A stretch of 63,853 bases of DNA, the filler included, from Chrysochromulina tobinii (Eukaryota), in assembly GCA_001275005.1 (NCBI GenBank). It is 6 parts of 6 records of this genome, joined end to end, with 100 filler letters (N's around TTAATTAATTAA, not from the genome) between each part and the next. Parts side by side here need not be neighbours in the genome. Positions count along the whole stretch, not along the records: positions 1 to 27,249 come from JWZX01000811.1; 5 more parts are not named here. The stretch is one strand, 5' to 3'. The translations under genes and the position numbers were made by a program. This document shows, in pieces, positions 1-8,581 of the stretch. The notes beneath the pieces are model-generated. The model did not search any database. It worked only from the letters and a program-made list of their open reading frames with translations, and was not told the DNA's origin. How positions within the stretch are numbered: position 1 is the first letter of the stretch; every line of letters starts with the position of its first letter.

Positions 1-1
1 G

Positions 2-457
2 GCGGGCGGCGCGGCGGGCGGCGCGGCGGGGAGCGTCACCGCCGAGACGCTGCGCGATCGGTGTGAGCTCATCCCACGTACCACCGCCTCTGCGGGCGTC
101 GCGGTCGTGTTCAAAGGAGCGGCGGAAGAGCCACCCTCCCTTACCTTGGGACCTCCGGACGCTGCGCCCGAGCCGTCGGTAGATGTGTCCGCCCTGCTGG
201 GCGACGGGCGTGCCCTGACCGCCCGCCTCGTGCCCGCAGCTGTCCTGATGACCCTCGGCTCGGCGCGGGGGAGTGCAGGCGGGCGCCCACGCGCGGCGCT
301 GCCCCCATGGCTCGGCCAGAGCTGGGGTCCGAGCGAGGCTGCACTCGACGAGCGGAGGGCCGGTGAAGCGGCTGAAGCCGAGCAGGAAGCCGCTGTCCGC
401 TCCCAGCGGCACACACGTATCGACCAGATCCTGGACGATGCCGAGGGCGAGGAGTAG
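2..457 (+). CDS. 3' end of a hypothetical protein (5'-truncated by window edge)
   Basis: Frame is open from position 2 to TAG at 455-457 with GC-rich coding-like codons and an acidic C-terminus (RIDQILDDAEGEE), followed by a drop in GC. Confidence 0.55.
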   Translation, partial: AGGAAGGAAGSVTAETLRDRCELIPRTTASAGVAVVFKGAAEEPPSLTLGPPDAAPEPSVDVSALLGDGRALTARLVPAAVLMTLGSARGSAGGRPRAALPPWLGQSWGPSEAALDERRAGEAAEAEQEAAVRSQRHTRIDQILDDAEGEE

Positions 458-692
458 GCCGGCCCGGCCGCGTCCGCTGCATCTAGATTCTACTCGACGA
501 GCGTAGCTACGATTTCCACACTATAATACAGTAATCCGGCGTAGAAAGACGTAGCCACAATCCACGAATCCAGCGGTATCCACAATCCAGCAAGCACGAT
601 GGGTCGAAACCATGTGGTCGACGAACCCGGGAATCATTCCGTGAAGACTCTAGACTGATCGAAAAAGTTAGAAAAAAGCTTTCACCTCTGTT

Positions 693-1588
693 GTGTGTCC
701 CGGCTTGTTTGTTGTCGACAACCCGTGTCTTTTTACGACAACCCGTGTTATCGGGTCGCGTCTGTCGTGTTATCGTTCACACGGCTCACGGGAAACTCAC
801 GGTACGCGTGCGCCGCGCCGCGTTGTTGCACCGAACAGTTCGTCCCTTCGAGTTGGGCGCATGCGCACTATTTATGATGGATGGGCCACTCATCTCCAGG
901 AGCCCGCACTACCCAACACGCTCCGGGTAGACCCAAAGTTCACGCCTCGCAGCGGCTCTCGGATCCGTGCTGCCCAAGCTCCAGGGCTTGATTTGGAGGG
1001 CCATTATGCCGATCGTAGCGGATCGGTTTCGAACGACGAAGACTACCACATCAAGACAGTTGCAGCGTTACACGAAACCTTGTCTGCCGTCGGTGTGGGA
1101 AGCCAGACTGTCATACCTCCATGTGTGCAAGCTGCGATAGAAGTGGTCGCACACTCGATGCTGTGGGACCGCACCTGCTCTGACGTCTCTTTTCGGTTCC
1201 TGCTGTGTGAGCAGATGCGGGCCACCGTCCCGGAGACAGTCATAGGCATGGCGGAGCATCCGTATTCTTGCCACCTACAAGTGCTGGACGTGTGGGAATT
1301 CACTTTTGTCGGCCAACCAGCGCTCGGCTCGAGCACGGCCCGCCGGCTTGGCAAGGCAGCCGCAAGGCGGCTGCCGAGAAGGCAGAGAGCCACCTGGATG
1401 CTGCCGTGGTTGAGCTGGGGCGGGCCGTGACGGCACTGAAGCTCGCGCACGGGCCTGGCCACACCCTGACGCTGCGAGCAGAGGAGGCACACGCCGCGCT
1501 GCTCGCGGCCATCGATTCGAACCGAATCGCCCGAGGCGTGGCTGATGTGGGGGTCCCTTTTGCGAAGCATCCATTTGGGTACATGTAG
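693..1588 (+). pseudogene. Possible split or decayed gene; C-terminal segment resembles a helical TPR/SMYD-type tail
   Basis: Two overlapping + frames (693..1430, 1268..1588). The second reads AVVELGRAVTALKLAHGPGHTLT. No clean splice solution was found. Confidence 0.25.
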
Positions 1589-2183
1589 CGGTAGAGTCTC
1601 ATTGAGAGTTGGCGGTTGCGAATCATCAACTGCATCGTGACTAACCCTGGGCTAGGCACCATGGCTAGGCACTTAGAAAACTAGGCGACCGACCGGACTC
1701 GAGCGACTAGCACGCCCCGGACTTTCGAGATCGAGCGTTCGACTTAGCACCGACTGCGCCAAGCGAGCCCGCTATATGTGGAGCCGCTGATAATGGTCCT
1801 AAGCGGCCGTTACTATGTACTAACCGGGTCGTCAACGACGCGTGCGATGTTCGTTAACACTATAAGTACCCAACCGAGCACGAACTGTGAACGAGTGTGA
1901 TGTGCGAGGTGTTGCCCTTCACGTATTTGGTATTTGAGTTTGCTTTGTAAGTCTGTACGTATCAGTGTGTTGGTAACCGCATCCGTATGTACGCCGGTCC
2001 GGTGTCTGGGGGTTTCGAAAGAACCATTGGCTGTGAATGAAGTCACGGCTGTGCTGCTTACGTGTTGTGTGTATTCATAATGAATGAAGTTACCGTACAT
2101 GTATGACGCTGAACGCGCGCGAGCCAGGTTTTGCAATGTTTTTCCCGTAACGTGGTCTTGTACGCCCCACGAGGTCCTCGCGG

Positions 2184-3128
2184 ATGTGGCGTTCCATTTC
2201 GCGCCTCACGCGACCCTGTCTGGCCGCTGCGTCGGTCGTGGCTGCGCGCGCGACGCTTACGCTTGCGGAACCCAGCCCGCCTCCGCATGCCACGCCCTCG
2301 GCGGCGGTGGCCAGCAGCTCATTTGAGTCGCTTCTTGGCCGTGTGGCTTCCCTGGAGACGGTGCTCTTGCATGGCAGCCCGGCAAACTTCGTGGTCGTAT
2401 CGTGCACGTTTTACCCGAACATGGCGGACCCGCGCTTCAAGCTCGGCGTGGAGGCGTGCCGTCGCGCCAAGGCCCTCGGCATCCGTCTGCTGCTCGTGGA
2501 TGCTTCGCCGCCCGAAGTGCGTGAGGCACTGCGTGAGGCAGGCGCCGAGGTGCACGTGCAGACGGCGCGCGGGCGCAAAGGAGCTGCGCTCCGCGAGGCC
2601 ATTGGCATCGCGCGCTCGCAACTCCCACCTGATGGCGTCATCTGCTTCCAGGAGCTCGAGAAGGTGGAGATGATCGGGCTGCAGCGAGAGGTGGTCGCGT
2701 ATGTGGTCAGCTCCGGCTGCGATGTGTGCGTGCCGCGCCGGGACGATAGCCTTTTCCGTCGCTCGTACCCCATCGAGCAGTACCACTCGGAGAACTTTGT
2801 CAACCGGTACCTCGACACGCTCGGCAGTGCGGTCGGGCTGCCCACGCTTGATTGGACATTTGGTCCGGTGGCATTCCGTGCCGCAGCGGCCAGCTTTTGG
2901 TTGCAAAACGACGGCGAGCTCTGGGACGCTCAGATTGTGCCGTTCATCCGGGCGGCACGCTGGGGCGGTGCGCGGTGCGAGGGCCTCCAGGTCCAATATT
3001 CCCATCCGGAGCCCATGAAGCGTGAAGAGGAGGGAGTGGCCGCCTGGTCTGAGAAGCGGCTGATGCAGCTCAACTTCCTTTTCAAGGAGGTGGGCGGCGC
3101 GCTCAAGGAGGAGGCTCCCCCGGCATGA
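2184..3128 (+). CDS. Glycosyltransferase-A-fold-like protein with probable organellar N-terminal presequence
   Basis: 314-aa intronless ORF. LLLVDASP (GT2-like VVDxxS), KGAALREAI, ICFQELEK where DxD usually sits, DVCVPRR, SYPIEQ, DWTFGP. The N-terminus is Arg/Ala/Ser-rich. Confidence 0.7.
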   Translation: MWRSISRLTRPCLAAASVVAARATLTLAEPSPPPHATPSAAVASSSFESLLGRVASLETVLLHGSPANFVVVSCTFYPNMADPRFKLGVEACRRAKALGIRLLLVDASPPEVREALREAGAEVHVQTARGRKGAALREAIGIARSQLPPDGVICFQELEKVEMIGLQREVVAYVVSSGCDVCVPRRDDSLFRRSYPIEQYHSENFVNRYLDTLGSAVGLPTLDWTFGPVAFRAAAASFWLQNDGELWDAQIVPFIRAARWGGARCEGLQVQYSHPEPMKREEEGVAAWSEKRLMQLNFLFKEVGGALKEEAPPA

Positions 3129-3424
3129 GCGGTGAGGTAATGCTCCAGTGTTTGTGTGCTAGTGTGTGCATGTGTCATGATACTGTCATGATGCGCGTGC
3201 CAAGCGCGTGCGCATGATCGGCTGCCGAGCGAGAAGTAAGCTGAACATAAACTGTGCTTTCTTGAGGGGTACATGTGAACGCGAGAGCGCGCCGTACTGG
3301 TAAACGCGCGAGCGCGCCGTACTGGCGATCGGCGAAGTCCACCATGCGAAGAGGAGGATCGGGGCCGGACCGGTGGTGGAGTGAGCGCAAGAAGGGACCG
3401 CGAAATAACTGACTGACTGATGCG

Positions 3425-5080
3425 ATGAGTGCACGACACGCTGCTGCGCGCCTTCCGAATGGTCGCTCCGCCGCCGCCGCCGACGCGGGCATCGGCGACC
3501 CGGACGACGAGCGCCCTACCGTCCAGCGTCGTTCTGGCCGCAGGCTCCTTTTCATCGCCTCTCCGTTGGTCCTCGCGGCTTGCTTAGGTATTATCACCCT
3601 CGGTGCGTCGGCTTGGCAAGTGCAGAGGAGCGAGTCTAGGAGGTGGGGTGAGCCGCTGTCGCACTATGGATCAGAGTCCATCTTACCGAGACGCGACTCG
3701 ACTGCCGCTGTCAAGCTCCCAGCAGCAGCATGGAAGAGCGTGGCTCCGCCGTCTCCCTCAGCTGCATTGGCAGGCACCGAGGGCAGGCGCCGTGCTGCTG
3801 GCCGATCCTCGCAGTCGGGCGGCGGCCCAGTCCTCGCACGTCTCCGCGCTGTAGGCCACAGCGCCTCTGGCGGCGGCCACGTGCGCATCGGTGCACCCAA
3901 GGATGAGAGCCTCCCGCCCGCTGAGCTCAAGGCGCTGCGCCGGAGGTTCCACAGGCGCAAGTTCCTCTTTCCGCTCCTCGACCAGGGGCCGAACAACCAA
4001 TTCCTGCAGTTCCGCGTTGCGCTGCAGAAGGCACATGCGCTCAACCGCACGCTCGTCCTTCCCATCTGGCTGCCCCATAATCCCAAGTTCCTACACTTCC
4101 ATCCAGGAGCGCCCGCCACGGCGTCGCGTGACAAGCGTCTCGAGCAGATGTGGTACCCGTTCGAAGTGGCCTTCGATGCGCCCAGCTTGCAGCTTTACGT
4201 GCGCATCATCCCGCTCGCCACCTTCCGGCAACTCACCGCAGGCAAGCTCGAGCGCTGCCTCGCACACAAGGGCGGCTTCGACGTCTATCTTCGACTCGCT
4301 CGCCTGAGTTGCGAGAGCTTCGATGAGCTGCCTGAGCAGGGCGTGGCGGGCGCATCCGAGGTGCGCGAGCGGCTGGCCGCCGCCAAGGACGTGCGCTTCC
4401 TTGGCTTCCATCAATACGACCACGAGCTGGGCACGCGCGACCGGCACTATGAGTACCTGCGATGGGCGCGGCCGGTCATGGAGCTCGCGTCCCAGCTCGA
4501 GGCGGAGATCTTCAACGGCAGCCGCTATCTCGCCGCGCACGTGCGCGTGCCCGACGCGCACTGGGAGCGCAACGACTGCAAGCACACGATCAACGGGCAG
4601 CCCGCGCATTCGGTCTCGTGTGGAGACCCGCTGCGGAGCATCAACCACACCTCGATGGCGTCTGAGATGGTCCACGCGCTCGGCACGGCGCGTCGCGCGC
4701 TCGAGAGTGATGGTGGCAGGAGCATCGAGCTCGATGGTAGCAGCAGCAGCAGCAGCAGCAACAGCAGCGGCGGCAGCAGCCTGAGTGCCGTCTACTTGGC
4801 TTCGAACATGAACTGCTCGGACGCGCGCGTGGCGGGTGTGGCCGCGTCGCTCGAGTCCAAGCACGTGCGCCTCGTGTGTGCCCAGCCGCGGCTACTCGAG
4901 CTCGTGGCGCACGACCACTTCGTCGCCTCGCTCGTCGAGCAGGAGATGTGCGCTCGTGCACACGCCTTCGTTGGCTCCAAGTACTCGACATGGACCGACA
5001 CCGTCCTGGGTATCCGCTCGCACGCCAAGCGAACCGACAGCTCGAGCTTCGAGGATCTCTGGGCGTCGGGGGTCAGGTGA
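3425..5080 (+). CDS. GDP-fucose O-fucosyltransferase family protein (POFUT/O-FucT, GT-B), type II membrane
   Basis: N-terminal TM (LLFIASPLVLAACLGIITLGA), DQGPNNQ...LNRTLVLP, YLAAHVR, VYLASN, LVEQEMCARAHAFVGSKYSTWT. Confidence 0.88.
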   Translation: MSARHAAARLPNGRSAAAADAGIGDPDDERPTVQRRSGRRLLFIASPLVLAACLGIITLGASAWQVQRSESRRWGEPLSHYGSESILPRRDSTAAVKLPAAAWKSVAPPSPSAALAGTEGRRRAAGRSSQSGGGPVLARLRAVGHSASGGGHVRIGAPKDESLPPAELKALRRRFHRRKFLFPLLDQGPNNQFLQFRVALQKAHALNRTLVLPIWLPHNPKFLHFHPGAPATASRDKRLEQMWYPFEVAFDAPSLQLYVRIIPLATFRQLTAGKLERCLAHKGGFDVYLRLARLSCESFDELPEQGVAGASEVRERLAAAKDVRFLGFHQYDHELGTRDRHYEYLRWARPVMELASQLEAEIFNGSRYLAAHVRVPDAHWERNDCKHTINGQPAHSVSCGDPLRSINHTSMASEMVHALGTARRALESDGGRSIELDGSSSSSSSNSSGGSSLSAVYLASNMNCSDARVAGVAASLESKHVRLVCAQPRLLELVAHDHFVASLVEQEMCARAHAFVGSKYSTWTDTVLGIRSHAKRTDSSSFEDLWASGVR

Positions 5081-5337
5081 TCAGTGTGCGCTGAAGCTGT
5101 GGGGAAAAACCTAGCCGTCGATAAACGCGCTATACCGGCGGGTTTAACGCTACGCCGGCCAACCTAGATCCTAAGTAGCCGTAGCCAGATAACCATTTTG
5201 GCGAAAACTGTACAACCTGGCCGCCACGTTCACCTTCTTGAAAAAATCGTACCCCGGAAGACGCGAAGGCATGAGCGAGCACGAGGCGAGGGTCGCGGTC
5301 GGGTGGCCGATCACATCGCATGATGATTCTCCCGACG

Positions 5338-6537
5338 CTACTTGCTTTGGATTGGGGGCTGCGGCGGCGGCGACGGAAGCATGGTGCTGACCTCTACAAT
5401 CGCAGATCGGAATCGCTCCCAGCCGCCACTCGTCTGCGTGTAGAAGAGCCAAGCGAGGGTATGGTTCTTCGCACGAATCTCGGCGACCGTGGTGACTCCA
5501 TACGCATCGATCTCATGAGCGTGCGCTTCCGACTCCGCCTTCGTCATGGGCAGGATTCCGAAGGGCGTTCGCACGCCGCCCGGCACAGGCACGACCGTCG
5601 AGGCCCCCCAACTCCGCCCGTCCGACGAGCATGTGGCGCCGAACCCCTCGCCCTCTCGACCGATGAAGTCGTGAATGGCAACGAACCCGTCGGCTATTCG
5701 AGAGATGATCGGGTTCTCGAGGTTCCCGTTGCTACTGCTGAGGCACGGGGCGGCCTCCGGGTGCGAGGGATCGTCGGGGTTGTACCGCTCCCAAGGCCCT
5801 GTCAGGCTCGGTGCCATCGCGAGCGAGACTGGCCACTTCCCTTCACCTGGGCTGCTGGGCTGCCAGCCTGCCTCCTGGTGCGACGTGCCGACCATGGCAG
5901 CAAACCTACCGTCCTCGAGCTGGTATGGATACATCGAGTCGGTCCCTTGCAGGCCCTGGCAGGGGAACCACGTCCCAAACTGGTCAGGCCCAAGTAACAC
6001 CTTGTCTGTCGATCGCCAATCTCCGCTGTCTCCAAAGTCCGAGTCGAGACCGTCGTCGCCAGGCTCGCTGGCTTCGGCGTAGTAGATGGTACCCTCGAAA
6101 TTGCCCAGCCACCCCGAGTAGTTGTGCCCCCCCGAACGGTATCCAACGTACGTGAAGATCCATCGATCATTCGTCGGGTCATGCACAAGGAAGGGGCCCC
6201 AGCTTGCCGCGTGTGGATCCGTGCCATCCGTGTTACCAGAGCTCTCGCGAAGCGTGCGGCGACGCGTCCAGTTGTACCCGTCTTGGCTACGCCACACACC
6301 TATGCGCATCTTGACCCACATGGGGTCTTCAAACATCTCTGCGGCAATCATCACCAGATCGCCCGCCTTGGAACGCACCACAATTCCATCCTCAAGGCCA
6401 TGCTTGTTATCGGGCTGCATGGTCTGGTTGATGAGATCGGGGTTGGCCCTCTGCTGCACGATGCGGATGTCTGGGCACTCGAGAGACGCCTCAACTGGTC
6501 TCGCGAGTGCCAGACCCGCGAGCGCGACGATCAGCAT
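5338..6537 (-). CDS. Secreted five-bladed beta-propeller glycoside-hydrolase-like protein (GH43/32-clan-like)
   Basis: ATG at 6537 with signal peptide MLIVALAGLALA. GLEDG, WRSQDGYNW, ASWGPFLVHD, APSLTGPW, LENP and SSDGRSW are Asp-box/propeller-type motifs. Confidence 0.7.
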   Translation of the reverse strand: MLIVALAGLALARPVEASLECPDIRIVQQRANPDLINQTMQPDNKHGLEDGIVVRSKAGDLVMIAAEMFEDPMWVKMRIGVWRSQDGYNWTRRRTLRESSGNTDGTDPHAASWGPFLVHDPTNDRWIFTYVGYRSGGHNYSGWLGNFEGTIYYAEASEPGDDGLDSDFGDSGDWRSTDKVLLGPDQFGTWFPCQGLQGTDSMYPYQLEDGRFAAMVGTSHQEAGWQPSSPGEGKWPVSLAMAPSLTGPWERYNPDDPSHPEAAPCLSSSNGNLENPIISRIADGFVAIHDFIGREGEGFGATCSSDGRSWGASTVVPVPGGVRTPFGILPMTKAESEAHAHEIDAYGVTTVAEIRAKNHTLAWLFYTQTSGGWERFRSAIVEVSTMLPSPPPQPPIQSK

Positions 6538-6743
6538 CGGTAAAATGTAGGAGGTTTGCACACCGAGAGCCCGCGAAGAAGCTGTGAATACGAAGGCTCT
6601 GAATGCATCCAGTCAGCCCCGCGGTGTTCACACCTCGAACTCGAGACGATACCGAACATCACGGTGACGTGCTTCGGTAACTCGGGTTGGTACCGAAAGC
6701 GTACTCGACTTCCGCTCATCGCAGCGCTCGGAATTCACGAGGT

Positions 6744-8264
6744 ATGGCGGCCGATGACCCGCTTCTCACGGCCGAGCCGGATGAGCATGCTGCGAACAAA
6801 CGGAAGTTGCTCATAGGCGCAGCTATGTGCACCGGCTTCATGCTCACTGAAATCATCGGTGGTTGGCTTGCTGGAAGCCTCGCAGTGATGACCGATGCTG
6901 CGCATATGCTCTCAGACGTTGCCGGGTGCGTGCTGCCCCTGAAATGCTCTGCTGCTGCCTTGCCTGCCGCGCTTGTCGCTGCTGCTTTGCGTGCCACGCG
7001 CATCGCTGCTACCTTGCCTGCCGCGCGCGTCGCTGCTACCGTTCGCAAGCAACAGCAGCATTGAGCGGTGCCTTGTGCCTGTGCCCGTGGCAGCTTCCTG
7101 GTCAGCGTGCTCGCTCTCTTCCTGTCGAGCCGCAAGGCGGATGCGACGTACACCTTCGGCTATCACCGTGCTGAGACGCTCGGCGCGCTGGCGAGCATCC
7201 TGGTTGTGTGGATGATGACTGCCATTCTGCTCTTCGAGGCTGCTCATCGCCTCATCCAGCCCGAGATTGTCGACGGACCGCTCATGTTTGGCGTGTCGGT
7301 GCTGGGCGTGGTGATGAACGTGCTGCTCATGCAGGTGCTCGGGCACGACCATGGGCATGGCGATCACGGCCATGGCCACTCGCACGGCCACTCGCACAGC
7401 CATGGCCATGCGCCACCCGCCTACCAGCCGCCAAAACTGCCCATCTCGCACGGGCACGGCCATCAAGAGGAGCACGACCATGGGCATGCAGAGCACCATG
7501 CCGCGGAGCACGGGCACGGCCATCACGAGGAGCACGACCACGACTGTGTCCACGACCACGAGGGAGGGGGTGATGAGCACAGCCACGGCTTATCCCTAAG
7601 TCACGGCTCCTCCGGAAGTCATGAGGAGCGCAGCCAGGAGCATGGTCATGGCGTGACGTCGGGCAGCCACGACTGCTGCGATGGGCACCACGAGGAGGAG
7701 GAGGGCGGGCACGGCGCTCACCACGACGACGCGGAGGAGAAGAGCCTAGCGGTCAGGGCCGCGATGGCGCACGTCATCGGCGACATTATCGCGTCGCTCG
7801 GCGTTTGCCTGTCTGCCGGCCTTATCTGGGCCTTCCACGACCGCTGGCTCGATAGCGACGGCATCTCGTACTGGTATCGGGCAGACCCTATTTGCACCTT
7901 CCTCTTCTCCTTCCTAGTACTCTCCTCGACCTGGTCGACGATGAGCGAGGGCATGCACGTGCTCATGGCGGGCGCGCCGCTCAATGCGGACACACCCTCG
8001 CTGCTCCGGCGCCTGCAGGCCATCCCGAACGTGGTCAACGTCCACGACCTTCACGTGTGGGCCACCTCGAGCGATAAGATCAACGTGTGGGCGCACTTGA
8101 CCATCAAGTCGGGCACTGACACGACTGCGGTCCTCTATGCTGCACAGAAGGTCGCCAAGTCGATTGGGTGCCACCACACGTGCTTCCAGCTCGAGGACCA
8201 GCTCACATACGACCTGAGAGTCGAGGGCGATGAGTGCTACATGCCTGGGCATGTGCACCCGTGA
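6744..8264 (+). CDS. Zinc transporter, CDF/SLC30 (ZnT/MTP1-like) with long His-rich loop; exons 6744-6925 and 7094-8264
   Basis: SLAVMTDAAHMLSD, TFGYHRAE, HVIGD, HDLHVW. A GT-AG intron at 6926-7093 restores DVAG|FLVS. Confidence 0.93.
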
Positions 8265-8581
8265 GCGCCGCCGCACGTCACGTCTGCGCTCGATTTGCGC
8301 ACACGTGATGCTCCCCGCGCCAGCAAAGGGAATGGCAGCCAGGCAGGCGGCGCCAACACGTCGTGTATCGCGAGTACGTCGGTGGCGTGGAGCGTCGGTC
8401 ACCGACGTCGAGACTTGCATGGTACCGTACTCGCCGCGCCCCGTCGCGCGTCGCTGCACTCTATAGGTGGTATAACACGTGCCGAGCCCTAACGCCTAAG
8501 ATATACAAGTGACTAGACGAGAGCAATCCAACTTTCCGAACGCAAGTAGCGTTCTAGCGTAAATCGGATCACGACCCCGCT

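Noticed and set aside
1640..2100. Hairpin GCCGCT..AGCGGC and AT-shifted segment as a Helitron or other TE end
   Set aside because: Single copy in the window with no diagnostic terminus or coding remnant; cannot be supported.
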